Positions 54,717 to 64,000 of a stretch of DNA of 64,000 nucleotides are shown piece after piece. Source of the stretch: an uncultured Oscillospiraceae bacterium. GTDB lineage: Bacteria; Bacillota; Clostridia; Oscillospirales; Acutalibacteraceae. Below the pieces are notes generated by a model. That model worked only from the letters and a program-made list of their open reading frames with translations. It did not search any database and had not been told where the DNA came from. The stretch is taken from the NCBI GenBank assembly GCA_949283785.1, contig CASDTR010000003.1:2852-66851 (forward strand). Direction: 5' to 3'. The position numbers and the translations under genes were made by a program. Position 1 is the first letter of the stretch; every line of letters begins with the position of its first letter.

Positions 54717-56042
54717 TCAGTCAAGGAATCCCTTGTAGTGACGCATCATCATCTGTGACTCGAGCTGCTTTACGGTTTCAAGAGCAACACCGACAAGGAT
54801 GATGATTGAAGTACCGCCGAGAGCGATATTCATGGGAGAACCAGCGAGTGTTGTGACCTGTGAAAACACGATGGGGAACAACGCAACAACGCTGAGAAGA
54901 AGCGCGCCCATAAGGGTGATTCTTGAAAGTATCTTTGAGATATAGTTTGAAGTGGGCTGTCCGGGGCGGATGCCGGGGATAGCACCGCTCTGCTTACGGA
55001 TGTTGTTTGCCATTTCGATGGGATTGTACTGAATCTGCGCATAGAAATAAGCAAAGAAGATTATAAGCAGGAAGTAAATCAAACCGTAGACCCAGTGAGT
55101 ATTGTCAAACAGGTCGAAGAAGTACTTGTTCCAGTTTGACTCATCATCGATATCAATAAACATCTTTATCGTGGGCGGAAGTGAAAGAATTGAAGATGCG
55201 AAGATGATGGGCATAACACCTGACATATTGACCTTGATCGGAATATGTGTGCTCTGTCCGCCGTACATCTTGCGGCCCACAACTCTCTTTGCGTACTGAA
55301 CGGGGATTCTGCGCTCTGATCCGTCCATCCATACGATGTAAGCTATCATAAGGAGATAGAGTACAAGTACGAGGGGAACAAGTGCGTAGTAAACGCCGCC
55401 CTGCTGTTTGAAGTAGCCCTCATAGAGCTGGATAAGCATTGAGGGGATTCTTGAAACAATACCTGCAAAGAGGATAAGTGAAATACCGTTGCCGATACCC
55501 TGAGCATTGATCTGCTCGCCGAGCCACATGATAAGGGCCGTACCAGCTGTGAGTACAAGCACGATAACCACTGCCTGGAAAACTCCGAAGAAGCCTGTGA
55601 AAAGGGCGCCTGACTCGTCAAGCATAAGATGGTTTGTATTGCGAAGATAGAAGTAGTAAGCAACGCTCTGGATAAGTCCGAGAACGACAGCCACATAACG
55701 AGTTATGGAGGCTATCTTCTTACGTCCCTCTTCGCCTTCCTTCTGAAGCCTCTCCAGTGCGGGGATGGCTACGGTAAGGAGCTGCATGATAATTGAAGAG
55801 TTGATGTACGGGGTGATTGACATTGCGAAAATCGTACCGTAGTTGAACGCTTCACCAGTCATCATGCTGAGATAGGTCATAAAGTTCTGAGCTGTAGGAT
55901 CTGTGATAATACCGTCTGAGATATTAACAAAGGGAACCGGGATATTGGCGCCTATTCTGAAAAGAAGAAGGATAAGCGCAGTGAAGAGAATCTTCTTTCT
56001 GATATCTGGGATTTTCCAAGCGTTAATAAATGTGCGAAACAA
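54717..56042 (-). CDS. secY: preprotein translocase subunit SecY
   Basis: It has the 10-TM SecY sequence and sits in the canonical position after rplO. Confidence 0.97.
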   Translation of the reverse strand: MFRTFINAWKIPDIRKKILFTALILLLFRIGANIPVPFVNISDGIITDPTAQNFMTYLSMMTGEAFNYGTIFAMSITPYINSSIIMQLLTVAIPALERLQKEGEEGRKKIASITRYVAVVLGLIQSVAYYFYLRNTNHLMLDESGALFTGFFGVFQAVVIVLVLTAGTALIMWLGEQINAQGIGNGISLILFAGIVSRIPSMLIQLYEGYFKQQGGVYYALVPLVLVLYLLMIAYIVWMDGSERRIPVQYAKRVVGRKMYGGQSTHIPIKVNMSGVMPIIFASSILSLPPTIKMFIDIDDESNWNKYFFDLFDNTHWVYGLIYFLLIIFFAYFYAQIQYNPIEMANNIRKQSGAIPGIRPGQPTSNYISKILSRITLMGALLLSVVALFPIVFSQVTTLAGSPMNIALGGTSIIILVGVALETVKQLESQMMMRHYKGFLD

Positions 56043-56043
56043 C

Positions 56044-56487
56044 TCAGATCACCTCAGCCTTTCCGCCGGCTGCCTCAATTTTCTCCTTTGCAGAGCTTGA
56101 GAAGGCGTTTACCTGAACAGTAAGCTTCTTGGTGATTTCACCGTTACCCAAAACCTTTACTCCGTCAAGCTCGTTCTTAACAAGACCTGACTTTACAAGA
56201 GCTGCAACATCTACAACGTCACCGTCGTTGAAACGCTGATCGAGTGCCGCAACGTTAACAATCGCAATTTCCTTTGCAAAGATATTGTTGAAGCCCCTCT
56301 TGGGGATTCTTCTCTGAAGGGGCATCTGGCCGCCTTCAAAGCCCGGACGCATTCCTCTGCCGGCACGGGCCTTCTGACCCTTGTGTCCTTTACCGGCGGT
56401 TTTACCCTGTCCGGAACCTGCACCTCTACCGATACGCTTGACATCCTTCTTGGAGCCCGCTGCCGGTGTAAGTTCGTGCAATTTCAT
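56044..56487 (-). CDS. rplO: 50S ribosomal protein L15
   Basis: It begins [30 protein letters not shown]... Confidence 0.97.
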   Translation of the reverse strand: MKLHELTPAAGSKKDVKRIGRGAGSGQGKTAGKGHKGQKARAGRGMRPGFEGGQMPLQRRIPKRGFNNIFAKEIAIVNVAALDQRFNDGDVVDVAALVKSGLVKNELDGVKVLGNGEITKKLTVQVNAFSSSAKEKIEAAGGKAEVI

Positions 56488-56506
56488 TATACTCGCACCT
56501 CCTTGC

Positions 56507-56686
56507 TTACGCTTCGGTTACCTCGATAAGGTGGTTAATTTTTCTTACCTTACCCAGTGTCTGGGGATTGTTGGGCTGTACCGCAACATCTCCTATTTTG
56601 TGAAGACCAAGTGCATGGGCGGTGGCAATCTGATCTTTTTTGCTTCCGATGAGGCTCTTAACGAGCTTTACCTGAATATCAGCCAT
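56507..56686 (-). CDS. rpmD: 50S ribosomal protein L30
   Basis: It is absent from the ORF track (59 aa). My translation is [59 protein letters not shown]. Confidence 0.93.
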   Translation of the reverse strand: MADIQVKLVKSLIGSKKDQIATAHALGLHKIGDVAVQPNNPQTLGKVRKINHLIEVTEA

Positions 56687-56701
56687 TGTTATCCACCCTC
56701 C

Positions 56702-57202
56702 TTAACCTAAAATTTCCTTAGCTGACTTGCCGCGGATAGCAGCAACTTCGTCAGCAGAACGCAGCTTTGAAAGGCCGTCGATAGTGGCTCTTACAACGTT
56801 GCAGGGGTTATTGGAACGAAGTGCCTTGGTACGGATATCTTTAATGCCGACTGTCTCAACAACCGCACGGACGGGGCCGCCGGCGATAACGCCGGTACCG
56901 GGTGCGGCAGGCTTGAGAAGTACAACTCCGGCGCCGAATTTACCGATGATCTCGTGAGGAATTGTTGTACCCTTGAGAGAAACCTTGATAAGGTTCTTCT
57001 TGGCGTCTTCGATTCCCTTGCGGATTGCATCCGGAACTTCGCCTGATTTACCGAGACCGAAGCCTACCGTGCCGTTTCCGTCTCCGACAACTACAAGTGC
57101 GGCGAACTTGAAGATTCTGCCGCCCTTAACTGTCTTGGAAACACGGTTTATAGTAACTACGCGCTCCTGAAGCTCAACAGCCGATGTGTCAATCTTAGCC
57201 AA
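56702..57202 (-). CDS. rpsE: 30S ribosomal protein S5
   Basis: It has conserved S5 sequence ([25 protein letters not shown]). Confidence 0.97.
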   Translation of the reverse strand: MAKIDTSAVELQERVVTINRVSKTVKGGRIFKFAALVVVGDGNGTVGFGLGKSGEVPDAIRKGIEDAKKNLIKVSLKGTTIPHEIIGKFGAGVVLLKPAAPGTGVIAGGPVRAVVETVGIKDIRTKALRSNNPCNVVRATIDGLSKLRSADEVAAIRGKSAKEILG

Positions 57203-57217
57203 AAGTATTCCTCCTTC

Positions 57218-57577
57218 TTAGAACTTGAGGCCACCCTCACGGGCGCCTTCGGCCAACGCTTGTACACGGCCGTGATAGATGTAGCCGCCGCGGTCGAAAA
57301 CAACGTCTGTTATCTCTTTAGCTGCGGCGCGCTCTGCGAGTAATTTGCCCACTTTGTGAGCAGCTGTTTTATTTCCGCCGTATTCCTTGAAATCCTTCTC
57401 AACAGTTGAAGCCGATACAAGCGTTACGCCTGCAACGTCGTCAATCAGCTGTGCATAGATATGGCTATTGGAGCGGAATACATTAAGGCGAGGACACTCA
57501 GCTGTGCCTGAAATCTTGCCGCGGACTCTCTTGTGACGGGCAAGTCTTGCCTTATTGCTGTCTGGTCTGCTAACCAT
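57218..57577 (-). CDS. rplR: 50S ribosomal protein L18
   Basis: It has conserved L18 sequence ([30 protein letters not shown]). Confidence 0.97.
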   Translation of the reverse strand: MVSRPDSNKARLARHKRVRGKISGTAECPRLNVFRSNSHIYAQLIDDVAGVTLVSASTVEKDFKEYGGNKTAAHKVGKLLAERAAAKEITDVVFDRGGYIYHGRVQALAEGAREGGLKF

Positions 57578-57601
57578 TTATTTTCACTCCTTCGATTAAG
57601 A

Positions 57602-58147
57602 TTACTTGCCGCCCTTACCGGCTTTACCTTCCTTGCGGCGGATGTGCTCATCAACGTACTTGATGCCCTTGCCCTTGTAAGGCTCGGGGGGACGCTTCTC
57701 GCGAATCTCAGCCGCTACCTGACCGACGAGCTGCTTATCAGCGCCCGAAACGATGATCTTGTTGGGGGCGGGTGTCTCAATCTTGATTCCCTCTACCTCA
57801 GGATAGATAACCTGATGGGAGTAACCGATGTTCATGACCAGATCTTTACCCTGCATAGCTACACGGTAACCTACGCCGTTAACCTCAAGCTCCTTTTTGA
57901 AGCCTGTGTGAACACCCTCGACCATGTTGGCGATAAGTGTGCGTGTAAGACCGTGAAGTGAGCGGTTTTCGCTCTCGTCATTGGGACGGGTGACAAGGAC
58001 TTCGCCGTTGTCAACCGCAACGCTCATGTTTTTGTGCACTGTTCTGGTAAGTGTGCCGAGAGGGCCTTTTACGGTAACAGTGCTTCCGTCAAGCGCTACT
58101 TCAACGCCTGCGGGAATGACGATTGGCTTTCTGCCTATACGTGACAT
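57602..58147 (-). CDS. rplF: 50S ribosomal protein L6
   Basis: It begins [17 protein letters not shown]... Confidence 0.97.
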   Translation of the reverse strand: MSRIGRKPIVIPAGVEVALDGSTVTVKGPLGTLTRTVHKNMSVAVDNGEVLVTRPNDESENRSLHGLTRTLIANMVEGVHTGFKKELEVNGVGYRVAMQGKDLVMNIGYSHQVIYPEVEGIKIETPAPNKIIVSGADKQLVGQVAAEIREKRPPEPYKGKGIKYVDEHIRRKEGKAGKGGK

Positions 58148-58162
58148 TCTCTGTACCTCCTC

Positions 58163-58561
58163 TTACCATACGAATGCAAGGACTTCGCCGCCGACGTTGG
58201 CTTTGCGTGCGTCCTTATCAGTCATGATGCCTTTTGATGTGGAGAGGATCGCGATTCCGAGGCCCTTCATGACCTTAGGCATATCCTCACAGTTTGTATA
58301 AATACGAAGACCGGGCTTTGAAACGCGGCGAAGTCCTGTAAGGACCTGTGCCTTGTTGGGACCGTACTTAAGAGTGATACGGATTACGCCCTGCTTTCCG
58401 TCGTCGATGACCTGAAAGCTCTTTACATAGCCCTCATCAACAAGAATCTGAGCAATTGCCTTCTTCATGTTGGATGCGGGAACGTCCACCGAGTCATGCT
58501 TTGCCGAGTTCGCATTGCGGATTCTCGTAAGCATATCGGCGATAGAATCGGTTATTTGCAT
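58163..58561 (-). CDS. rpsH: 30S ribosomal protein S8
   Basis: It begins [17 protein letters not shown]... Confidence 0.97.
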   Translation of the reverse strand: MQITDSIADMLTRIRNANSAKHDSVDVPASNMKKAIAQILVDEGYVKSFQVIDDGKQGVIRITLKYGPNKAQVLTGLRRVSKPGLRIYTNCEDMPKVMKGLGIAILSTSKGIMTDKDARKANVGGEVLAFVW

Positions 58562-58591
58562 GCCGTCAACCTCCTTTGCAATTGCTCGAAA

Positions 58592-58777
58592 TTACCAGCT
58601 GGCCTTCTTGACTCCGGGGATCTGGCCTGCATGGGCAAGCTCCCTGAAGCAGATACGGCAAACTCCGTACTTACGAAGATAAGCGTGGGGTCTACCACAG
58701 ATCTTGCATCTGTTGTATGCCCTTGTGGAATACTTAGCAGGTCTTGCCTGCTTTACTTTCATTGATTTCTTAGCCAC
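58592..58777 (-). CDS. rpsZ: 30S ribosomal protein S14, type Z (zinc-binding)
   Basis: It is 61 aa with CKICG...CRIC. Confidence 0.96.
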   Translation of the reverse strand: MAKKSMKVKQARPAKYSTRAYNRCKICGRPHAYLRKYGVCRICFRELAHAGQIPGVKKASW

Positions 58778-58789
58778 AACTGCTCCTCC

Positions 58790-59329
58790 TTACTTCGAGA
58801 ACGGAGCGCCCATAAGTGTGAGCAGCTCACGAGCTTCTTCGTCTGTGTTCGCTGTTGTGACAAAGCAGATGTCCATACCGCGAACCTTATCTATCTTATC
58901 GTATTCGATTTCAGGGAAAATAAGCTGTTCCTTAACGCCCATGGAGTAGTTTCCGCGTCCGTCGAAGGAGTTGGGGTTAATTCCTCTGAAGTCTCTTACT
59001 CTGGGCAGTGCAAGATTGAAAAATCTGTCGATGAATTCATACATTCTTGCGCCGCGGAGAGTAACCTTTGCACCGATTGTCATACCCTCACGGAGCTTGA
59101 AGTTAGCAACTGACTTCTTAGCCTTGCAGACTGTGGCCTTCTGACCTGTGATCTGAGCGAGGTCGCTCATAACAGAATCAATAACCTTAGCGTTGTCACG
59201 GGCTTCGCCGCAAGCTACGTTGATTACTACCTTGTCAAGCTTCGGGATTTGCATGACACTTTTGTAGCCGAACTTTTTCATCAGTGCAGGTGCAACCTCT
59301 TTAACATAGGTTTCCTGTAACCTTGCCAT
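58790..59329 (-). CDS. rplE: 50S ribosomal protein L5
   Basis: It has conserved L5 sequence. The ATG at 59329 (MARLQETY) is better spaced from GGGAGG than the ATG at 59335. Confidence 0.96.
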   Translation of the reverse strand: MARLQETYVKEVAPALMKKFGYKSVMQIPKLDKVVINVACGEARDNAKVIDSVMSDLAQITGQKATVCKAKKSVANFKLREGMTIGAKVTLRGARMYEFIDRFFNLALPRVRDFRGINPNSFDGRGNYSMGVKEQLIFPEIEYDKIDKVRGMDICFVTTANTDEEARELLTLMGAPFSK

Positions 59330-59348
59330 TGTCATGTTCCTCCCTTAA

Positions 59349-59669
59349 TTAAAATGTTGCTTTGCAATCGGAATGTTTGCAGACACGAACCTTTTTGCCG
59401 TCCTTAACGGTGTAGCCCACTCTTGTGGCCTTGCCGCACTTGGGGCAAACAGGAAGCACCTTGCAGGCATAGAGAGCACTTTCAGCCTTGATAAGGCCGC
59501 CGGGCTCACCCATCTTGCGGGGCTTGACGTGTTTTGTAACGTTCATAACGCCTTCTACGATAACCTTGCCTTCGGAGGGGCTTACCTGCATAACCTTGCC
59601 TGTCTTGCCCTTATCCTTACCGCTGATTACCATAACGACGTCACCGGTTTTAACATGAAGTTTGTTCAT
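59349..59669 (-). CDS. rplX: 50S ribosomal protein L24 (carries an unusual CxxC...CxxxxC cluster)
   Basis: It has the KOW motif (VKTGDVVMVISGKDKGKTGKV) and sits in the canonical position. The C-terminal Cys residues lie in VCPKCGKATRVGYTVKDGKKVRVCKHSDCK. Confidence 0.96.
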   Translation of the reverse strand: MNKLHVKTGDVVMVISGKDKGKTGKVMQVSPSEGKVIVEGVMNVTKHVKPRKMGEPGGLIKAESALYACKVLPVCPKCGKATRVGYTVKDGKKVRVCKHSDCKATF

Positions 59670-59686
59670 TATCCTACACCTCCCGA

Positions 59687-60055
59687 TTAAAGCACTTCAG
59701 GAGCCAGGGAGAGAATCTTGAGATAGCTCTTCTCACGAAGTTCTCTTGCCACAGGTCCAAAAATACGGGTGCCTCTGGGATTTTTATCATCCTTTATGAT
59801 AACGGCTGCATTCTCGTCGAAGCGAATGTATGTGCCGTCCTCACGGCGAACGCCGCTTGCAGTACGAACTACGACTGCTTTTACAACGTCGCCTTTTTTA
59901 ACAACGCCGCCGGGTGCTGCTTTTTTAACCGAAGCAACGATGACGTCGCCGATATTGGCATACCTCCTGCCGGAACCGCCAAGCACACGGATACACATGA
60001 TTTCCTTTGCGCCTGTGTTGTCGGCAACCTTGAGGTAACTCTGCTGCTGTATCAC
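59687..60055 (-). CDS. rplN: 50S ribosomal protein L14
   Basis: It begins [27 protein letters not shown]... Confidence 0.97.
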   Translation of the reverse strand: MIQQQSYLKVADNTGAKEIMCIRVLGGSGRRYANIGDVIVASVKKAAPGGVVKKGDVVKAVVVRTASGVRREDGTYIRFDENAAVIIKDDKNPRGTRIFGPVARELREKSYLKILSLAPEVL

Positions 60056-60085
60056 AGTGTTTTCCTCCTTGCGCTTACGCCAAAA

Positions 60086-60343
60086 TTATTTGGCTTTCTC
60101 TATGATTTCCGCTACACGCCATCTCTTGTCCTTTGACATGGGACGTGTTTCCATAACGAGAACTCTGTCGCCGATTCTGCACTCATTGTTTTCGTCATGT
60201 GCTTTAAGCTTAACGGTACGATTAATGATTTTTTTGTAAAGCGGATGCTTTACCCTGTCTTTAACAGAGACAACAACGGTCTTATCCATCTTGTCGCTGG
60301 TAACAATGCCTACCTGAGTTTTTCTGAGGTTTCTATCGCTCAT
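60086..60343 (-). CDS. rpsQ: 30S ribosomal protein S17
   Basis: It has conserved S17 sequence ([16 protein letters not shown]...). Confidence 0.97.
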   Translation of the reverse strand: MSDRNLRKTQVGIVTSDKMDKTVVVSVKDRVKHPLYKKIINRTVKLKAHDENNECRIGDRVLVMETRPMSKDKRWRVAEIIEKAK

Positions 60344-60362
60344 TGCTTAAGCCTCCCTTCCC

Positions 60363-60563
60363 TTACGCCTTGGCGCCGATCTCGGCCTCGCGCTGTACTG
60401 TCTTGATACGTGCGATGTCCTTTTTTACGGCGCTTATACGCATTGGGTTATCGAGCTGGTTTATGGCTTGCTGGAAGCGCAGATTAAAAAGCTCGTCCTT
60501 CAACTCAAGGAGCTTGGCATCAAGCTCTGCGGCGGACAGTTTTCTGATTTCACTGGCTTTCAT
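60363..60563 (-). CDS. rpmC: 50S ribosomal protein L29
   Basis: It begins [31 protein letters not shown]... Confidence 0.97.
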   Translation of the reverse strand: MKASEIRKLSAAELDAKLLELKDELFNLRFQQAINQLDNPMRISAVKKDIARIKTVQREAEIGAKA

Positions 60564-60988
60564 TACTGCTCACCACCCGTTTCTTCCTTAGTTACAAATT
60601 TGCACTTGATCGGCAATTTGTTAGCCGCAAGACGCATAGCCTCGCGGGCAAGAGCCTCGTCAACGCCGGCGATTTCAAACATTACTCTGCCGGGCTTAAC
60701 TACGGCTACCCAATATTCGGGAGATCCTTTACCGGAACCCATTCGTGTTTCTGCAGGCTTCTCGGTGATCGGCTTGTCGGGGAAGATTTTGATCCAAACC
60801 TTACCGCCACGCTTGATGTAACGTGTCATAGCGATACGAGCTGCCTCAATCTGGTTTGAAGTGATCCATGCGGGCTCAAGAGCTACAAGTCCGAAATCAC
60901 CGTAATTTACTTTTGTTCCGCGTGTTGCAGCGCCGGTAAGACGGCCTCTCTGCACTCTGCGGTGTTTAACACGCTTCGGCAATAACAT
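60563..60988 (-). CDS. rplP: 50S ribosomal protein L16
   Basis: It begins [19 protein letters not shown]... Confidence 0.97.
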   Translation of the reverse strand: MLLPKRVKHRRVQRGRLTGAATRGTKVNYGDFGLVALEPAWITSNQIEAARIAMTRYIKRGGKVWIKIFPDKPITEKPAETRMGSGKGSPEYWVAVVKPGRVMFEIAGVDEALAREAMRLAANKLPIKCKFVTKEETGGEQ

Positions 60989-61656
60989 TATTTAGCTCCT
61001 CCTTCCCTGCGGGATGCCTTGCGGCTGTCGCGGAGAACCTCGCCTCTGTAAAGCCATACCTTAACGCCGATGCGGCCGTAGGTTGTCTTAGCCTCTGCAA
61101 AGCCGTAGTCGATGTCGGCTCTGATTGTCTGAAGCGGGATTGTTCCCTCGTGGTAAGTTTCTGTTCTTGCGATTTCAGCACCGCCGAGACGGCCGGAAAC
61201 CTGAGTTTTAATACCTCTTGCGCCAAGTTTCATTGCGCGTCCGATGGACTGCTTAAGGGCACGGCGGAAAGATACACGTCTCTCGAGCTGTGCTGCAATG
61301 TTTTCAGCGACAAGCTGTGCGTTAAGGTCGGGCTGCTTGATCTCAACGATGTTGAGGGCAACCTCTTTTCCGAGCATCTTTTCGCAAGTTGCCTTGAGCT
61401 TATCGATCTCGGAACCGCCGCGGCCGATTACCATGCCGGGCTTTGCACAGAAGATGTTGATGCGTACGCGCTTTGCGTCGCGCTCAATCTCGATTTTAGG
61501 AACACCGGCGGGCGCCAATGTTTTAAGGAGGAACTCACGGAGGTTATAGTCCTCAACGAGGGTATCGCCAAAGGTTTCAGCCTTTGAATACCAGCGAGAT
61601 TCCCAATCCTTAATAACGCCGATTCTCAAACCGGTGGGATTAATTTTCTGGCCCAT
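60988..61656 (-). CDS. rpsC: 30S ribosomal protein S3
   Basis: It begins [23 protein letters not shown]... Confidence 0.97.
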   Translation of the reverse strand: MGQKINPTGLRIGVIKDWESRWYSKAETFGDTLVEDYNLREFLLKTLAPAGVPKIEIERDAKRVRINIFCAKPGMVIGRGGSEIDKLKATCEKMLGKEVALNIVEIKQPDLNAQLVAENIAAQLERRVSFRRALKQSIGRAMKLGARGIKTQVSGRLGGAEIARTETYHEGTIPLQTIRADIDYGFAEAKTTYGRIGVKVWLYRGEVLRDSRKASRREGGAK

Positions 61657-61675
61657 TATTTAACCTCCTCTTCGC

Positions 61676-62011
61676 TTATTCCATTTCCTTGAGTACAAGG
61701 GTGATGTGCGATGTTCTCTTATTGATGCGGAAAGCACGTCCCTGTGCTCTGGGTCTGATACGCTTGAGGATGGGTCCGGGACAAGCGTAGCACTCTGCAA
61801 CATAAAGTCTGTTGGGATCCATGTTATGGTTTGTTTCCGCATTTGACATTGCAGATTTTAAAAGTTTCTCAAGCACTTCACAAGCAGCCTTGGGCGTGTG
61901 CTTGAGTATTGCCATGGCTTTATCAGCAGGCTGATTGCGGATAAGGTCGAGAACTATCTGAACCTTACGGGGCGCAATTCTGACATTTGTCACTTTAGCC
62001 TTAGCTTCCAT
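61676..62011 (-). CDS. rplV: 50S ribosomal protein L22
   Basis: It has conserved L22 sequence ([21 protein letters not shown]). Confidence 0.97.
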   Translation of the reverse strand: MEAKAKVTNVRIAPRKVQIVLDLIRNQPADKAMAILKHTPKAACEVLEKLLKSAMSNAETNHNMDPNRLYVAECYACPGPILKRIRPRAQGRAFRINKRTSHITLVLKEME

Positions 62012-62038
62012 AGTTTTTACACACTCCTTTCGACTGGT

Positions 62039-62320
62039 TTATTTGCCGTTGTTTGAAGTCTTTGAACCTGCATGACCTCTGAATGTTCTGGTCGGTGCAA
62101 ATTCACCCAGCTTGTGACCTACCATATCCTCTGTTACATATACCGGAACGTGCTTGCGTCCGTCATGAACAGCGAAGGTGTGGCCTACGAAATCCGGGAA
62201 AATTGTGGAGCTGCGGCTCCATGTTTTAAGAACGATTTTCTCGCCCTTATTGTTCATATCCTGAACTCTCTTGAGCAGTTTTTCCTGCACAAAAGGTCCC
62301 TTTTTAACGCTTCTGCCCAT
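62039..62320 (-). CDS. rpsS: 30S ribosomal protein S19
   Basis: It begins [19 protein letters not shown]... Confidence 0.97.
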   Translation of the reverse strand: MGRSVKKGPFVQEKLLKRVQDMNNKGEKIVLKTWSRSSTIFPDFVGHTFAVHDGRKHVPVYVTEDMVGHKLGEFAPTRTFRGHAGSKTSNNGK

Positions 62321-62342
62321 ATTTCTTAGCTCCTTTCACCGA

Positions 62343-63176
62343 TTACTTGCCGTTACGGCGCTTCACGATAAACTTATCGGAGCGATTCTTCTTGGCACGT
62401 GTCTTATAACCGAGAGCAGGCTTGCCCCAAGGTGTAACAGGTCCGGGACGACCGATGGGAGCTTTACCTTCACCACCACCGTGGGGGTGATCGCAGGGGT
62501 TCATGACTGAACCGCGAACCGTAGGTCTCCAGCCCATGTGACGTTTACGTCCTGCCTTACCGATTTTAACGTTCTCGTGGTCAACGTTGCCGACCTGGCC
62601 GACTGTTGCCATGCAGTTAACCGAAACATTGCGAAGCTCGCCGGAGGGAAGGCGAAGAAGAGCGTAGCCGTTCTCCTTAGCCATGAGCTGAGCGGAGTTT
62701 CCTGCCGCACGGGCAAGCTGGCCGCCTCTGCCAGGGTTGAGCTCGATGTTGTGGAGGAATGTACCTGTGGGGATGTTTACAAGGGGAAGGGCGTTGCCGG
62801 GCTTGATGTCGGCGTTTGCGCCTGCCTCAACCTTATCGCCTACCTTAAGGCCTGCGGGAGCGAGGATGTATCTCTTCTCTCCGTCCTCATACTGAACGAG
62901 GGCAATGTGTGCCGAACGGTTGGGGTCATACTCAACGGTGAGTACTGTTGCGGGCATATCGAACTTATCGCGCTTAAAGTCGATGATACGATATTTCTTT
63001 CTGTTTCCGCCGCCTCTGTGACGGACTGTTATTCTACCGTAGCTGTTACGGCCTGACTTCTTGTTAAGAGGAGCAAGAAGGCTTCTTTCGGGGCCGCACT
63101 TTGAAAGCTCGGAATAATCTGTAACCGACATGTTGCGTCTCGCGTTTGTAGTCGGCTTATAGACCTTTATCGACAT
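62343..63176 (-). CDS. rplB: 50S ribosomal protein L2
   Basis: It has conserved L2 sequence. I moved the start to ATG 63176 ([14 protein letters not shown]). Confidence 0.97.
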   Translation of the reverse strand: MSIKVYKPTTNARRNMSVTDYSELSKCGPERSLLAPLNKKSGRNSYGRITVRHRGGGNRKKYRIIDFKRDKFDMPATVLTVEYDPNRSAHIALVQYEDGEKRYILAPAGLKVGDKVEAGANADIKPGNALPLVNIPTGTFLHNIELNPGRGGQLARAAGNSAQLMAKENGYALLRLPSGELRNVSVNCMATVGQVGNVDHENVKIGKAGRKRHMGWRPTVRGSVMNPCDHPHGGGEGKAPIGRPGPVTPWGKPALGYKTRAKKNRSDKFIVKRRNGK

Positions 63177-63255
63177 TTGTTTCACTCTCCTCTGAGCGGC
63201 TTTGCGGAGCAATGTCATTCTCCATACGTTGCCGCCGGATTATTGTGGATTGGGA

Positions 63256-63549
63256 TTACATCATGCCATCGAAGAAATCGATAGTCTTGGAATCCTCTGT
63301 AAGTGTTACGACAGCTTTCTTCCATGAGGGGGTGTATCCCTCGAAACGGCCCTGTCTTCTGAGCTGACCGCGGACGTTAAGGGTGTTGACCTTAGCGACC
63401 TTAACTCCGAAGAGCTTCTCGACTGCCTTGGCAATCTCGATTTTGTTAGCGGTCTTTGCTACCTTGAAAGTATACTTTTTAAAAGCGGTACCCTGCATGC
63501 TCTCCTCGGTGATTACCGGGCGGAGGATAATGTCCTGTGCTGTTTTCAT
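63256..63549 (-). CDS. rplW: 50S ribosomal protein L23
   Basis: It has conserved L23 sequence ([13 protein letters not shown]...). Confidence 0.97.
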   Translation of the reverse strand: MKTAQDIILRPVITEESMQGTAFKKYTFKVAKTANKIEIAKAVEKLFGVKVAKVNTLNVRGQLRRQGRFEGYTPSWKKAVVTLTEDSKTIDFFDGMM

Positions 63550-64000
63550 GCGTATACCTCCTCGATTTTTGCAACGGCATCCTTGACAACTACCATTGTG
63601 TCGCAGTTGAGGATATCGTAAACATTGAGTGTATTTACAAGAGTTGTCTGTACACCTGCAATGTTTCTTGCGCTTCTGTAAACGATGTCGTTCTTCTCAG
63701 GAAGTACGATAAGTACTTTCTTTCCTGTCTCAAGAGCGCCGAGAACCTTTACCATCTCTTTTGTCTTGATTGCCTCAAGCTGGAGGTTGTCGAGAACAAC
63801 AATCTCGCTTGCAGCAGCCTTAACTGAGAGAGCTGACTTCATTGCAAGTCTTCTGACCTTCTTGTTGATGGAGAAACCATACTCACGGGGCTTGGGTCCG
63901 TGTGCGATTCCGCCGTGTGTCCACTGGGGAGCACGGGTTGAACCCTGTCTTGCACGGCCTGTGCCCTTCTGACGCCACGGCTTTTTGCCGCCGCCGCTTA
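63546..64000 (-). CDS. rplD: 50S ribosomal protein L4 (5'-truncated by the window edge)
   Basis: The frame stays open to the window end. My translation upstream of the track's Met reads ...[56 protein letters not shown]..., which is the L4 signature. Confidence 0.95.
   Translation of the reverse strand, partial: SGGGKKPWRQKGTGRARQGSTRAPQWTHGGIAHGPKPREYGFSINKKVRRLAMKSALSVKAAASEIVVLDNLQLEAIKTKEMVKVLGALETGKKVLIVLPEKNDIVYRSARNIAGVQTTLVNTLNVYDILNCDTMVVVKDAVAKIEEVYA

Noticed and set aside
1-64000. A search by eye for CRISPR arrays, IS/transposase genes, reverse transcriptases, restriction-modification systems or other recognisable defence gene pairs.
   Set aside because: I saw no regularly spaced repeat array and no ORF with transposase, RT, nuclease-helicase, methyltransferase or Cas-like motifs. 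The only mobility gene is the integrase at 1106-2500.

Overview
This 64-kb window looks like a Firmicutes/Clostridia-type chromosome. That is inferred from gene content and order; most genes look about 50-55% G+C by eye, with a few AT-rich single-gene islands. All family calls rest on motif recognition in the supplied translations, because no database search could be run.

Layout:
(1) 1-2597 is the terminus of an integrated element. It carries a DUF4236 mini-ORF coupled to a zinc-ribbon membrane protein, and a tyrosine integrase with an embedded XRE-like HTH. It abuts tRNA-Arg(ACG) at 2598-2674.
(2) 2.7-10.9 kb is housekeeping: M23 peptidase, fhs, an AT-rich orphan gene, a GNAT, purC-purB and a GH13 enzyme.
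(3) 10956-29247 is an ~18-kb, 13-gene, co-directional minus-strand operon with almost no intergenic space. It encodes two membrane-anchored metallophosphoesterases (one at each end), a GPH-type symporter, GH95, GH29, three unassigned putative glycosidases, and a central five-gene redox/dehydratase module (two MDR dehydrogenases, UxaB-like, UxaA-like, amidohydrolase-type lactonase).
(4) A divergent AraC regulator plus GH35, then GH31 and a large beta-helix protein.
(5) hemW, DUF2812, a stand-alone FakA-central-domain-like mini protein, an S1-domain protein, putP, an AT-rich M48 peptidase island, an amino-acid ABC transporter, an RluA-family synthase and an AT-rich DUF4037 gene.
(6) 49.8-64 kb is the S10-spc-alpha ribosomal cluster (rplD, partial, through rplQ), including rpmJ and rpmD, which the ORF track misses.

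I saw no CRISPR array, rRNA, transposase or recognisable defence system.

The most interesting candidate is the uxaB-uxaA pair without uxaC, joined to a lactonase and two dehydrogenases inside a fucosidase-type operon. This fits an L-galactose (or related 6-deoxy-hexose) oxidative pathway coupled to cytoplasmic glycan trimming, alongside several glycosidase-like proteins I cannot place in a family.

Secondary leads:
- a terminator-flanked C-rich candidate sRNA or leader upstream of the S1-domain gene;
- an integrase with an internal HTH, plus tandem GTTGACAAA repeats;
- a four-Cys ribosomal protein L24.
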